Shown: positions 1 through 13,623 of the stretch, one piece after another
Position numbering within the stretch: position 1 is the first letter of the stretch
Layout of the letters: every line of letters starts with the position of its first letter
Assembly: GCF_902713615.1 (NCBI RefSeq)
Contig: NC_052174.1
Coordinates: forward strand, 14,068,514-14,132,513
Direction of reading: 5' to 3'
Origin: Scyliorhinus canicula
Taxonomy: Eukaryota
DNA length: 64,000 nt
Notes under the pieces: generated by a model
The model's input: only the letters and a program-made list of their open reading frames with translations
Told to the model about the DNA's origin: nothing
The model's database searches: none
Made by a program: the position numbers and the translations under genes

Positions 1-124
1 GGAATCGAACCCGGGACCCGAGCGCTGTGAAGCAACAGTGCTAACCACTGCGCTACACAGCCGTCCCAGTGTAGAGACCTGAGGGCAGCAGGGCTGGAGG
101 AGGTCAGAGGATTGGTGGAATTTA

Positions 125-570
125 CATAGGAACAGGAGGAGGCCATTCAGCCCCTCGAGCCTGTCTCGCCGTTCAATGAGATCTGTGACCCAACTCCATA
201 AACCTGCATCTGGCCCAAATCCTTAATATCTTTGCTCAACTAAAATCTGTCAATTTCAGCTTTAAAATGAACTGTTTCAGCTTCAAGTGCTGTTTGTGGG
301 AGGGATTTCCAACCCCCTACCAGCCTGTGAGTACAGAACTTCTTCCCGACATCTCTCCTGAACCATCTGGCCCTAATTTGTAGACTGTGCCGCCTAGTTT
401 TAGAGTCGCCAACCCATGGAAATAGTTTATCTTCATCTACCCCGTCCTTTCCTGTTAATATCTTGGAATGCTTCGATCAAATCTCCCCTTAACCTTCTAA
501 ATTCTAGCGAAAACAGGCCTAATTTGTGTAATCTCGCCTCGTAACTTAACCCCTATGGTCCAGGTATCGT
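125..570 (-). mobile_element. CR1 LINE 3' fragment
   Basis: CR1-type 3' UTR and degenerate ORF2 tail on the minus strand. Confidence 0.65.
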
Positions 571-758
571 TCCTGGAAGCCGTTTAATAACCAATGGTGC
601 ATCTTTGAAGTACAGCCCCTGCTGTAATGTCGGAGATTCGGCACAGTAAGCTCTCACAGGCAGCAACAGCCGACCGGATCACGGTGCGGGGGGTGGCAGA
701 GGCCTGGTTTCAACAAGAAAAGGAATAAGACAGGAAGTTTTTTTTTTCAAAAAGTGAT

Positions 759-764
759 TTTATT
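759..764 (-). terminator. Candidate polyadenylation signal for SLC16A13
   Basis: AATAAA on the minus strand about 1.2 kb after the stop, just before repeat-derived DNA begins. Confidence 0.5.
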
Positions 765-1982
765 GTCTCCACATTTTCAAGTTTCCGATAGGACGCAGCA
801 ACAAACAGGCAGCGGGTTTTTTTGGGAAGTGGTCGGGATAACGGGATTCCTGAGAAATTGCACCGTGGGGAGGGGGGGGGGGGGCAGCGGGAAATCTCGT
901 TGCAGAATTAGTGTCGCCGCCCACTCACACACACCTCCCTCGAGTTAGTTACCCGAATGCCAAGGCACATCGACTGGCGCAAGTCCGGGAGGGAGAGGGT
1001 ATGCCAGGGCGCTGAGTACAGGAATGCCAAGTGGGAGATTCCCAGCTGTCCCCCTCACCGGACGCTCCAAATACACATCGGTTCGCGCAAACAGGCGATT
1101 GGAAATATCAACAACAAAGAACAAAACAAAAAAATCAGATCTTCAAGTCAAGAGGAATGATTGCATCAATGGCTGTTTCCACAGTTTCTCAATGATTCTG
1201 TCAGCATTAGAATTTTGTGGCTTTGGTAGTTATCAACTGGCGTCTTCACACTCGGGAGGTTGGGGGAAGGGGTTTGGGTGCAGGGGATGGGCTGGGCGCT
1301 CAGCGAAGTTACAGCAATAAGGGGGCTCGCCTTGTTCTGTTCTAGAAAGGCGTCGGGGAGGAAGCGCCGCGAGTTGCGAGCTTGTTACCACACCAGGTAT
1401 GACCTGCCCTCGGGACACCTTCCACACTGCTATCCCGCCCCCCCCCCCCCCCCCAATTTTCGCCCCCTCCTCACAAGGAGCTGCCTATTCCTCCGGTATC
1501 ATTTCCACACACACACACACACACACAAGCTTGCCAAAAGCAAGCGGCAGTGGGCTATTTGACAGCAGCAACCATCACGCCTGCTCTCACCTTCTTCCGA
1601 CAACCACACGCACACAACAGACTGTCCAGTGGAATGGGGGGGGGGGGCTAATTCCTCCACCAACGGGGACCACACTATTTTAAACGATTGACTTTCCGCA
1701 CCTAATTTGTATTGTGGAACCATCCTCCACTTACTGCCTCCTGCTAGGGAAATTATCCTGCTTGTATCGGGGGACTTTGCCATAGTTTCAGTCACGAGCC
1801 TCCGCTTGTTGTCATCTGCAGAGGCTCCACTTGAATAGACTCTGTTTGCCGTGAATTCTGCCTCGACCCCCAACCCACTGGCTGACGCAGTGGCGACAGT
1901 ACTGACTCCGTTCTGAATTGGAATTGGAGAGCGCTCGATTTAAATATCAACATCCGCTCCCCGCCTTCGGTCAGCTCCCAGC

Positions 1983-2260
1983 TCAGGCCACTGAGGAGTT
2001 TATTGAAGCAGCGGTGGTGGGCTCGATAGGGAGGCACCGTGCCTCCAGGCCAGATCCATTCAAGACCGCCATGGACTTGCGTTCCTCCTCCTCCTCCTCT
2101 TCCTCCTCCTCCTCCTCCAGCCGAGGTAACCTGGCAGGCGGGAGGCAGGAGCAGGACAAGGCACTGGGGATACCAAGGAGGACCAGGCTGCCGAGGAGGA
2201 GGAAGGTACCCGCCACCACAAAGGAAGCCGTGTAGTTGCCGGTGGCATCGCGCAGCCAGC
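1983..2260 (-). CDS. SLC16A13: SLC16A13 last coding exon (last TM helix plus tail with 12 Glu)
   Basis: ttccag acceptor; [24 protein letters not shown]...; TGA at 1985-1983. Confidence 0.88.
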
Positions 2261-5200
2261 CTGGAAGAGAAAAGTGCCAAAGATTAGGTCAGTTCAAGTC
2301 TCGCTTCAGGAGCCCGGGTGCATAGCCAGAGCTGGCCCCTGGGGGGCAGTGCTGAGGGGGGGGGGGGGGCTGCACTGTCAAGAGGCGTCACCTTTAGGAG
2401 ACTGCAAACAGAGGCCCTCTCGGACCTCCTCGGGGCGTTGCACAAACATCCCACAACCACAGGGGGGAGGCGACGGCGGTGTGGGCGCGGAATCCCGAGA
2501 CCCAGGGTAACGCCTGGCGGATCCGCGTTCGAATCCTGGCGCGGCAGAGGGGTGAAATTTTAATTCAATTAGAAAAAGAACAGAAATCTGGAAATTAAAA
2601 GATGACCGGGAAACTGATGTTGGCCGTCACAAGGAAGGAAATCTGCCGCCCTGCCCCGGTCTGGCCGACATGCGAATCCAGACCCACAGCAATGTGGCTG
2701 AATCTCGACGGCCCCTCTGAAATGGCTGAGCGAGCCGCTCACTTCAAGGGCCCATAATCACATGAATGAATGGTAAAATCTAACAGGGGCAGTGACGGAC
2801 GGGGGGATCTCCCCGGTGATCTGGCTGTGGGAGCCACCTTTCCTACATTACAGCAGGGACTGTACGTCAAAGGTGCACCGTGGCTCATTAAACAGCTTGG
2901 AACGTCCTTGTGAAAGGCCTGGTTCCTGCCATTCAGCCCATCACAAGACCATAAGAAATAGGTACGGGGCAGGCCATGTGGCCCCTCGAGCCGATTCAAT
3001 TGGATCATGGCCGATCCGACATTCCTCACGTCCACTTTCCCACCCTTTCCCCGTAATCCAAGATTCCCTCGCTGATCAACGATCTATCTCAGCCTTAAAT
3101 AGACTCTCCCCCCCAGCTCTCTCTGAGGCGAGGAATTCCAAAGCCCCGCAACCCTCCGAGGGAAGGAGTTCCCTCCTCATCCCACTCTGAAAGGGGCTCT
3201 GAATCTCCGCCCTCTGGTCCCAGACTCTCTCACGAGGGGCAACATCCTCTCCAGCATTTACCCTGTCAACCCCCTTAAAAATCCTCCAAGTTTCAATGGG
3301 ATCACCTCTCATTCTTCCGAATTCCGTTGAGTCTCAACCCGTTTAACCTTTGCTGGTAAGACAGTCCCCCCACACACCGGGGATCGCCCCAGTGAACCTT
3401 CTCTGAACCCCCGCCAATAAAATAATAGTTTTCCTTAAATCAGGAGACCGCCAGTGCTCCAGCTGTGACCTCACGAGCACCGTATCCAGTCGGAGCAAGA
3501 ATTCCCAACTTGAAATGAGGGCCAACGATCCGTTCTGCTTCCCGATTACCGCCGCACCGCTTTGTGTTTCGTACACAAGTGCCCCCCCCGGGTCCCTTTG
3601 TGTTGCAGCTCTCTGCAGTTTCTCGCCATTTATATAATACTCAGCTCTGTTGTTCTCCCTGCCAAAATGGACATTGCGTTTTCCCCACATTAAACTCCCC
3701 TTGCCACCATTCTGCCCACTTAATTAGCCTGTCAGTATCTCTTTGCAAACTGCCCGAATCCCCCTCACAACCTGCCTTTTCGCCTATTTTTGTGTCGATC
3801 TGTATCTCAACTCGACATTAACAATCTGACTGAAGGCACTGTTGCTAAGTTTGCAGATGATACAAAGATCTGCAGAGGGACAGGTAGTATTGAGGAAGCA
3901 GAGGGGTCTGTGGAAGGATTTGGACAGGCTAGGAGAGTGGGCAATGAAGTGGCAGATGGAATACAATGTGGAAAAGTGTGAGGTTATGCACTTTGGAAGG
4001 AGGAATGGAGGCATAGGCTATTTTCTAAATGGGCAAATGCTTAGGAAATCAGAAGCACAAAGGGACCTTGGGAGTCCTTGTTCACGATTCTCTTAAGGTT
4101 AACGTGCAGGTTCAGTCGGCAGTTAGGAAGGCAAATGCGATGTTAGCATTCACGTCGAGAGGGCTAGAATACAAGACCAGGGATGTACTTCTGAGGCTGT
4201 ATCAGGCTCTGGTCAGACCCCATTTGGGGTATTGTGAGCAGTTTTGGGCTCCGTATCTAAGGAAGGATGTGCTGGGCCTTGGAAAGGGTCCAGAGGAGGT
4301 TCACAAGAATGATCCCTGGAATGAAGGGCTTGTCACATGAGGAACAGTTGAGGACTCTGGGTCTGTACTCGTTGGAGTTTAGAAGGATGAGGGGGGATCT
4401 TATTGAAACTTACAGGATACTGCGAGGCCTGGATAGAGTGGATCTGGAGAGGATGTGTCCACTTGTAGGAAAAACTAGAAGCAGAGGATTCACCATCTCA
4501 GACTGAAGGGACGATCCTTTAAAACAGAGATGAGGAGGAATTTCTTCAGCCAGAGGGTGGTGAATCTGTGGAACTCTTTGCCGCAGAAGGCTGTGGAGGC
4601 CAAATCACTGAGTGTCTTTAAGACAGAGATAGATAGGTTCTTGATCAATAAGGGGATCAGGGGTTATGGGGAGAAGGCAGGAGAATGGGGATGAGAAAAT
4701 ATCAGCCATGATTGAATGGTGGAGCAGACTCGATGGGCCGAGTGGCCTAATTCTGCTCCTGTGTTATGGTCTTACTCCAACTACTTGGTTCCATAACCTT
4801 TAATAACCTAAACAGGTGGAGTTCCTCTAACCCGCCTCTCGAAAAGTGGAAATACCGAACCGAGGGAGTTTGTTTTTGGGAGGTGGGGGTTGCTGACTGT
4901 ACCTGATATGGGGGCTCCCAGGAGGCCCCCCACGCTCTCCAACATCTGCAGCAGTCCCAAAGCTCCGTAGATCCTCCCGATCCCGACGATCTCAGGCAGC
5001 AAGGAAAACACCACGGGCGTCAGGGCTCCGGCGCAGAAGCCATAGGCCACACTGATGGTCATCAGCGTGGAATAGGTGCGGGCGAACGGGATGGCAATCA
5101 GGCTGATCCCCGTCAGCAAGGTCCACAGCATCAGGATGTGGACTAGTCGCATCCTGCGCAGGTCGGAGAACCAGCCGGACAGGAGGCGGCCAATCAGGTC

Positions 5201-7263
5201 CATCACCCCCGCCACCGACATCAGGAACGCGGCCTTGTACTCATCGAAGCCGATGGAGCGGGCGTGGGCCACAAAGTGGACGTACGGCACAAAGTAGCCG
5301 GTGTTGATCAGGGTGATGGACAGCACCAAGGTCAGGAAGGGCCAGTGCTGGAGCAGGGTCAGGTCCAGCAGGTCGAAGATCATGCCCCCGGCTCCGCGGC
5401 AACAGGACGCCCCCCTGCCGCTCGGCCCCGGCGCCGCGCAGACCAGGTCCTCCTTCAGGGTCAGGGGTCGGATCAGGGCGCCGCAGACCATGAGGTTGAG
5501 CATCATGCCGGCGATGATGAGCAATGCCCCCCTCCACATGTACTCGTCAATCAGGTACTGGAAGAGCGGGGAGAAGACGAAAGAGCCGATGCCAACCCCG
5601 GTGAAAGACATCCCCATTGCCAGGGTCCGCCTCTTGTTAAAGTAGCGGCTAACTGCAGCAACGGCTGGGGTGAAGACCAAAGCCCAGCCAAAACCTGCCA
5701 AACAACAATAAATAATTACAGACAATTACAAACACCACTGAGATTCTCGAGGTGTCCACAGATCTCGGCGCTCTCGTAATTGAGTCACGAAAGTTAGTAT
5801 GCAGGTGCAGCAAGTAATTAAGGCGACTAATGATGTTTACAGCAGGGAAACAGGCCCTTCGGCCCAGCTTGTCCATGCCGCCCAGTTTCTATCACTAAGC
5901 TAGTCCCACTTGCCCGCATTTGGCCCATATCCCTCTGTACCCACCCTGCCCATGTAGCTGTCTAACTGCTTTTGAAAGGACAAAATTGTACCCACCTCTA
6001 CCACTACCCCTGGCAGCTCGTTCCAGACGCTCACCACCCTCTGCTTGAAGAAATGACCCTCAGGTCTACTTTGTATCTCTCCCCTCTCACCTTTAACCTC
6101 TGCCCTCTAGTTCTAGACTCCTCTACCTTTGGGAAAAGATATCTACCTTATCAATGCCCCTCATTATTTTATAGACCTCCATAAGATGGGTAGCATAGTG
6201 GTTAGCACTGCTGCTTCACAGCTCCAGGGTCCCAGGTCCGATTCCCGGCTTGGGTCACTGCCTGTGCGGAGCCTGCATGTTCTCCCCGTGTCTGCGTGTG
6301 TTTCCTCCGGGTGCTCCGGTTTTCTCCCACAGTCCAAAGATGGTTAGGTGGATTAGCCGTGATAAATTGCCCCTTAGTGTTGGGTGGGGTTACTGGGTTA
6401 TGGGGATAGGGTGGAGGTGTGGGCTTGGGTAGGGTGCTCTTTCCAAGAGCTGGTGCAGATTTGATGGGCCGAATGGCCTCCTTCTGCACTTTAAATTCTA
6501 TGAAGATCACCCCTCGGCCTCCTACGCTCCAGGGAAAAAAGTCCCAGCCTATCCAACCTCTCCTTATAACTCAAGACCATCAAATCCTGGTAGCATCCTC
6601 GTAAATCTCTTCCGCACTCTTTCTAGTTTAGCAACACCCTTCCTATAACAGGGTGACCAGAACTGAACACAGTATTCCAGGTGTGGTCTTGTACAACTTC
6701 AACAAGACGTCCCAACTCCTGTATTCAATATTCTGACCAATAAAACCTCACCTTCTTCACCACCCTGTCCACCTGCGGCTCCACCTTCAAGGAGCTATGA
6801 ACCTGTACCCCGAGATCTCTTTGTTCTGTTATTCTCCCCAACTCCCTAACCATTAACTGAGCAGGTCCTGCTATCCCTTATTAAGAAAGGAACTGAACAC
6901 AAGGGGAAAGATGTTACGCTTCAGATACACACACAGGGCGTTGGTGAGCCCACGCCTCGAATATTAAGAGAGGTTGTGGTCTCCTTATTTGAGGAAGGGT
7001 GTAAATGTGTCCGAGGTGGTTCACTGGACTGAAACCTGGAATGAGCGAGTTTTGTTATGAGGGGAGACACTAGGCCCGTTTCCACTGGGGTTGAGAAGAG
7101 GGAGGAGCCTGAAAGGTCTCGGCAAGGTGGATGTGGAAGACTAAGGGGGCACGGTTTGAAAATTGGGCGTCGCTCTTTTAGGGCAGCCATGAGGAGAATT
7201 GTTTCCCCTCCGAGGGTTGTGAGGCGTTGGAACCCGCTTCCTCGGAAGGCAGTGGAGGCCGTG

Positions 7264-7295
<32 letters not shown>

Positions 7296-10200
7296 GGGTG
7301 TCGCTGAATATTTTTAAGCTGGGGTACATAGATTCTTGTTGGTGCAAGGGAATCAAAGGTTATCGGGGGTTAGATGAGGAATGTGGAACTCAACACTAAC
7401 AGATCAGACATGATCTTATTGAGCGGAAGAGTGAGATGAAGGGGCTGAATGGCCTCCACCTGCGGCCAGCTTGCATGTTGGTACACAGCACCTTCAACAT
7501 ATTGAAGCACCCAATGCGCAGAGATCTCGGAGGGTTGTCGGGGCTGGAGGATGTTAGAGACAGGGAGGGGTGTAGGGGCTGGAAGTTACAGAGATAGGGA
7601 GGGTCGTAGGGGCTGGAGGAGGTTACAGAGATAGGGAGGGGTGTAGGGGCTGGAAGTTACAGAGATAGGGAGGGTTGTAGGGGCTGGAGGAGGTTACAGA
7701 GATAGGGAGGGTTGTAGGGGCTGGAGGAGGTTACAGAGATAGGGAGGGGTGTAGGATTGGAGGAGGTTACAGAGATAGGGAGGGGGTGTAGGGGCTGGAG
7801 GAGGTTACAGAGATAGGGAGGGGTGTAGGGGCTGGAGGAGGTTACAGAGATAGGGAGGATTGTAGGGGCTGGAGGAGGTTACAGAGATAGGGAGGGTTGT
7901 AGGGGCTGGAGGAGGTTACAGAGATAGGGAGGGGTGTAGGGGCTGGAGGAGGTTACAAAGATAGGGAGGGTTGTAGGGGCTGGAGTAGGTTACAGAGATA
8001 GGGAGGGGTGTAGGGGCTGGAGGAGGTTACAGGGATAGGGAGGGGGTGTAGGGGCTGGAGGAGGTTACAGTGATAGGGAAGGTCGTAGGGGCTGGAGGAG
8101 GTTACAGTGGTAGGGAAGGTCGTAGGGGCTGGAGGAGGTTACAGAGATCGGGAAGATTGTAGGGGTTGGAGGAGGTTACAGAGATAGGGAGGGTTGTAGG
8201 TGCTGGAGGAGGTTACAGAGATAGGGCGGGGTAGGGGCTGGAGGAGGTTACAGTGATAGGGAGGGCCGTAGGGGCTGGAGGAGGTTACAGAGATAGGGAG
8301 GGTATTCAGAGCTGAAGACAGACAGGAAGAGGAAAAGGGTAACCAACCATCTCTGTGGCTAGCACACAATCCAGGCTGGCACTGTGGCAGCACTGAGCGA
8401 GTGCCACACTGTCCAGAGTCTACAGTCTTTAGAATAAGATCTGTCAGGTTCTCTCACGTAGACGTCGCTTACCAAGGCACAGCATTTGCTGCCCATCACT
8501 AATTGCCCTCTAACAGGGCGTCTCACTCGGCCATGTCACAGGGAGGGGCGGTTCAGAGTCAACCACATCGCTGTGGGACTGGGGTCACGTGTAGGACTGA
8601 CCGGGTAAGAAGATTAGTGAGCCCGATGGGTTTTTACAACAATCACACCTGGATCCTGGCTAATATTAACCCCTCGGTATATTAGAAAATGGGCATTATC
8701 TCAATGCAGTCTTGCCTACGTATTGACTGCCACATTTTCTCCTTTACCTGAGGTTATGATTGTCAAACACGGAAAGTACAGAGGGGAAGTGAAAGAGGAA
8801 GTTAGACTGGAGGAGAGAGTTTCTGGGCAAAGATTAGCAGCTACCACAGAAAGCGCAGTAAAGTATTTCAGAAGGTAACATGTAAATGACGCCGCAGTCC
8901 CAGGAGGCCATGGGCTGCTGTCCCCCAAAGAGAGCTGACTGGTGGCAACGTAACAGGAGGGTCATAGCAGGTTCGGGTGGCAGGGTGGTTGGATTGACTG
9001 GGAACCATCAACAGATCTCCTTGTGGAGGTCGAAGGCATGGCAATAAATGAGTACCATAGAGGAGGCCACTGGGCCCATCCAGTCTGCATCGGCCCTTGG
9101 AAAGAGCACCAAGTCCACGCTTCCACCCTATCCCCGTAACCTCAACTCACCCCATCTTTTTGGACGCTAAGGGACAATTTATCACGGCCAGTCCACCTCA
9201 CCCGCACATCTTTGGACTGTGGGAGGAAACCGGAGCACCCGGAGGAAACCCACGCAGGCACGGGGAGGACGTGCAGACTCCGCACAGACAGTGGCCCAAG
9301 CCGGGAATCGAACCGGAGACCCTGGCGCCGTGAAGCAACTGTGCCAACCACTGTGCTGCCCGTAAAAGTACTTTGCGATTGTGAAAGAGGGTGCGACCCA
9401 GGTCACGGAGAAATATGAGATAGTTGAGAAATTGGATAGGGTTCAGATTGAGAAAGGAACAGGTTCTGACACATCAGCGTTGCTGAAAGGTAAGCAAATG
9501 GTGTAGTCCAGGAAGGGCACGCCATGGGCGGCCGTGGTAATGCAGCACTGTGCAGGGACGCAGCGAGATAAACATCAACCGTTGCTCATCCCACCTTAAC
9601 CGCAGATCTTTCTATTCCTTTCTCTCTCTCTCGCAGGTGTTTACCCAGCTTCCCCCCCCCCCCCTCAAATCTCGGATATTCACCTCAAGTTCCACATTCT
9701 CACCACTCTCCTCAGCCACGGTTCAGCACCAGACGGAAACTTTCAGATGGTTTAATCCTGTATCCCGTGCTGCTGCCCTATACTTCTGTATTCTCTAAAC
9801 GCTTATGGAACCGCCAGCCGTCTTTGTGGGTGGTTTAACAGAAATTAAGAGTCCCGTGTCTGGTACGTTTAGCCGTCGACAGCACCAAGAAGCACCCGGC
9901 TATTAAATGGGATGATGCTCAATTTCGGGGCCTCGGTGAGGAACGCCCCTTCGGACCCCCCCCCCCCCCCCACACACCAATGTCTCAACTTACCAATGAG
10001 CCCCCCCTTCCGTACACCACCTTGTACGGGCAGGGATTCCCCGGGCCCCATCCCGGCACGGGCAAGATGCCACCCAGGCACCATGGCACTGCCGGTGCTT
10101 CAGTGGCATAGGGGTGGCAGGGTACCACCCTTCCCTCACCTCAGTGCCCCGGGGACAATGCGGGACTCGCTCCCACGGGGAGTGGGGAGAATGTGGGACT

Positions 10201-13200
10201 CGCTCCATGGGGAGAATGTGGGACTCGTTCCCACGGGGAGTGGGGAGAATGTGGGACTCGCTCCCACGGGGAGTGGGGAGAATGTGGGACTCTCTCCCAC
10301 AGGGAGTGGGGAGAATGTGGGACTCTCTCCCACAGGGAGTGGGGGAGAATGTGGGACTCGCTCCCACGGGGAGTGGGGAGAATGTGGGACTCGCTCCACG
10401 GGGAGTGGGGAGAATGTGGGACTCGCTCCCACGGGGAGTGGGGAGAATGTGGGACTCGCTTCCACGGGGAGTGGGGAGAATGTGGGACTCGCTCCCACGG
10501 GGAGTGGGGGGGTGGAATGTGGGACTCGCTCCCTCCCACGGGGAGTGGGGAGAATGTGGGACTCGCTCCCACGGGGAGTGGGGGAGAATGTGGGACTCGC
10601 TCCCACGGGGAGTGGGGGAGAATGTGGGACTCGCTCCCACGGGGAGTGGGGGAGAATGTGGGACTCGCTCCCACGTGGAGTGGGGGAGAATGTGGGACTC
10701 GCTCCCACGGGGAGTGGGGAGAATGTGGGACTCGCTCCCACGGGGAGTGGGGAGAATGTGGGACTCGCTCCCACGGGGAGTGGGGGAGAATGTGGGACTC
10801 GCTCCCACGGGGAGTGGGGGAGAATGTGGGACTCGCTCCCACAGGGAGTGGGGAGAATGTGGGACTCGCTCCCATAGGAGCGACAGTTGGACAACATTTA
10901 CTGAACAATCCTGAATGTGCTAAAAATTACGCTGACAACCAATTTAAGATTATCAGTTGTGTTCACAGTGTGGCACAGAGAGTGCTAGTATCTACATTTT
11001 TAATTCACAGGCCCATGTTCTTTGCACAGAAATAACATTGTGCCTGTTTCAACTGAACAAAATAGGTGGCAGCCGTCCCCTGGTTCATTCCTCCGGGGGG
11101 GGGGGGGGGGGGGCCTCCCGGGTTTGATGCATTATTATTGTGCGCCGAACGCAGAGAAGGTTCAGGGATGAAATAAGAAGGTGGGGGGCTTTGTGGCTGA
11201 GGATGGAGGCGGGTTTGTGTAAGGGGGGGGGCGGGTCGGGGTTGGGGGAACTGGCAACGTTACCGCTCCCGATGGCCCCAGGGACGTGGTCGCCGAGTCC
11301 AGTGGTGGTGGCCATGCTGAAGATTTGGAAGCAGCTTCGGCAGCGATTTAGGTTTGGAGCGAAGTTCCGGGGGTGGGAAGAGACGGGGAACAGGGAGATG
11401 AAGGATCTGGATCTGCTTCTGGAAGGGCGGTTTGCGAGCTTGGGAGGAGCTGAATGAGAGGTTTGGGTTGGGGCGGGAGGAGGAGGGTTGCCGGGACATG
11501 CAGGTGCGGGACTTTGCGAGGTGGATCTTACCGATCAAAAGGGAGGAGGAGGAGCTGGGGGTGGCGCTGGAGGAGGGATCGTAGTGTGAGGTGCTACGGA
11601 GGGCGAGTGCCTCGACTTTGTGCGCGAGGCTGGGGCTGATCCAGGTGGAGATGGTGTCACAGGGCTGGACCTGACCAAGTCGAGGATGTGCCGGCTGTTC
11701 GAAGGGGCGGAGGACGGCTGTGAGCGATATGGGAGGGGCTCTGCGAACCACGTGCACCTGTTCTGGTCCCGCCAGAGGTCAGACGGGTTTTGGAGGTCGA
11801 AGGTCAGCACCATTCCGGGGGCTCGGCATGTTGGCCTGGAGCCCAGTCCCCTAGAGGCCAGATTTGGGGTGTCAGACTAGTCGGAGTTGCAGACGGCAGC
11901 GGGGGGGGGGCTGATCGCAGGCGGATCTTGTTGGGGTGGAGGTCAGCTTCTCCAGCCTGTGCCTCGGCGTGGTGGTGGTGGGGTGGGGGCCCTGCCGGAG
12001 TTCTTAACCCTGGAGAAAGTTTTGTAGGGTGGGTGGATGGAGAGGGGGGGGTGATAGGTTCTACAATAGTTGGGGTTTGTTCATTTTGAATTGAGAGTTG
12101 GTTACTGTTGAATGCTGAGGGAGGAAGGGGCGAGGTATGTGGGGGGTGGGGGGTTAATGTGTTGCGTGGAGAGGGGGGTTAGTGTTGCGTGGAGAGGGGG
12201 GTTAGTGTTGCGTGGAGAGGGGGGTCAGTGTTGCGTGGAGAGGGGGGTCAGTGTTGCGTGGAGAGGGGGGTCAGTGTTGCGTGGGGAGGGAGGGTGATGC
12301 TTGTTGTAAATTGTAAAAATGTTGAAAATTTATAATAAAAATACTTTCAACAAAAAAAAAAAAAGTTTTGTTGCCTCCTTCGCTTCGGTATTCCTGTAAA
12401 TGGGAGCAAGACAATAACGTTTCCTGTTTTCAGCGACAGTCATTTTAAGTTGTCTAAAAATGCTGGTGTTGGTCGATCGAGCGTTAAGGTTTCGGATTGT
12501 TGGGACTGTGTCAGCAATCTCCTCAGGGAGTGAAACCGTCAGGCGGCGCTCCCTGGTCACGCGGCGCTCCCTGGTCACGCGGCGCTCCCTGGTCACGCGG
12601 CGCCCCCTGGTCACGCGGCGCTCCCTGGTCACGCGGCGCTCCCTGGTCACGCGGCGCCCCCTGGTCACGCGGCGCTCCCTGGTCACGCGGCGCTCCCTGG
12701 TCACGCGGCGCTCCCTGGTCACGCGGCGCTCCCTGGTCACGCGGCGCTCCCTGGTCACGCGGCGCTCCCTGGTCACGCGGCGCCCCCTGGTCACGCGGCG
12801 CTCCCTGGTCACGCGGCTCTCCCCTGGTCACGCGGCGCCCCCTGGTCACGCGGCGCTCCCTGGTCACGCGGCGCTCCCTGGTCACGCGGCGCTCCCTGGT
12901 CACGCGGCGCTCCCTGGTCACGCGGCGCTCCCTGGTCACGCAGCGCCCCCTGGTCACGCGGCTATCTCTGATTTTTCTTTCTTGGCACATTGTGGACGCT
13001 CAGGGTTGCTGCGCAGTCCAGAGGGAAGTTTGGCCGTCTCTCGATGGCCTCCACTGAGGGCCGGCAGTGATCGGGCCCAGTCAGGGTGGGCACCGTCCTG
13101 CCAACAAAACAAATAACGGCCAGAACCTACCCACACCGAGAGACACAGAGCAGAGAAGCTGCAGCCTCTTGCCGCCAATCGGCCAGTTCCTCCGGCCACT

Positions 13201-13305
13201 TTCACACTCACCTGAGAGCAGGCCGATCGAGAGGTAGAGGTGAGTCAGGCTGGTCGCCAGGCACGCAAGCATCAGCCCCAAGCTGGAAAGAAATGCCCCC
13301 ATCAT
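1983..13305 (-). CDS. SLC16A13: Monocarboxylate transporter 13-like (SLC16 family), 5'-partial. Exons on minus strand: <13305-13212, 5694-4903, 2260-1983
   Basis: Spliced translation ...[17 protein letters not shown]|FGWALVFTP...[11 protein letters not shown]...GYFVPYVH...GRLLSGW...[10 protein letters not shown]|[17 protein letters not shown] matches SLC16A13 motifs. GT/AG sites give consistent phase-1 introns. The start lies in or beyond the N gap. Confidence 0.88.
2950..3795 (-). mobile_element. CR1 LINE 3' fragment
   Basis: [21 protein letters not shown] motifs on the minus strand. Confidence 0.8.
3810..4772 (+). mobile_element. CR1 LINE 3' fragment
   Basis: [22 protein letters not shown], 3' UTR; frameshifted. 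Confidence 0.9.
4903..5694 (-). CDS. SLC16A13: SLC16A13 large exon (792 nt, multiple TM helices)
   Basis: Inside ORF 4808-5725; ggcag acceptor and gtacag donor; MFS/MCT motifs. Confidence 0.92.
5830..7470. mobile_element. CR1 fragments (minus 5830-6870, plus 6880-7470) with SINE 6188-6503
   Basis: Degenerate CR1 ORF2 C-terminal motifs and 3' UTRs. Confidence 0.7.
7525..8305. repeat. About 37-bp minisatellite GTAGGGGCTGGAGGAGGTTACAGAGATAGGGAGGGTT
   Basis: About 20 tandem copies. Confidence 0.95.
10160..10875. repeat. 33-34-bp minisatellite GGGACTCGCTCCCACGGGGAGTGGGGAGAATGT
   Basis: About 21 copies. Confidence 0.95.
10878..11090 (+). mobile_element. Penelope-like element fragment (GIY-YIG endonuclease end)
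   Basis: [23 protein letters not shown]...P...QK resembles PLE endonuclease C-termini. Confidence 0.55.
11160..12364 (+). mobile_element. L1-clade LINE 3' fragment
   Basis: [10 protein letters not shown]...ANHVHLFW motif, AATAAA and poly(A) at the end. Confidence 0.7.
12542..12962. repeat. 18-bp CpG-rich minisatellite GCGGCGCTCCCTGGTCAC
   Basis: About 23 copies in SLC16A13 intron. Confidence 0.95.
13212..13305 (-). CDS. SLC16A13: SLC16A13 internal exon, truncated by the gap
   Basis: [32 protein letters not shown] followed by a gtgagt donor. Confidence 0.85.
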
Positions 13306-13505
13306 NNNNNNNNNNNNNNNNNNNNNNNNNNNNNNNNNNNNNNNNNNNNNNNNNNNNNNNNNNNNNNNNNNNNNNNNNNNNNNNNNNNNNNNNNNNNNNN
13401 NNNNNNNNNNNNNNNNNNNNNNNNNNNNNNNNNNNNNNNNNNNNNNNNNNNNNNNNNNNNNNNNNNNNNNNNNNNNNNNNNNNNNNNNNNNNNNNNNNNN
13501 NNNNN
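13306..13505. other. Assembly gap (200 N)
   Basis: N run. Confidence 1.
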
Positions 13506-13623
13506 TGGATTTTGGGATGTTGTGTAGTGTGAAATCCGGAGTTGCTGGCGTTGCCTCCTGGTGAATCACAGCTGGGAGTTAATAATGAGATGTGTGTGTG
13601 CTTTGACCCAATAGGATCTGGTG

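Noticed and set aside
4808-5725. Intronless 305-aa transporter
   Set aside because: It is one internal exon of SLC16A13; the ORF ends are intronic.
9912-11035. Multiple overlapping 250-320 aa ORFs
   Set aside because: 33-34-bp minisatellite artefact.
12330-13116. Collagen-like or dipeptide-repeat ORFs (DQGAPR)n / (GHAALP)n
   Set aside because: 18-bp intronic VNTR with no splice support.
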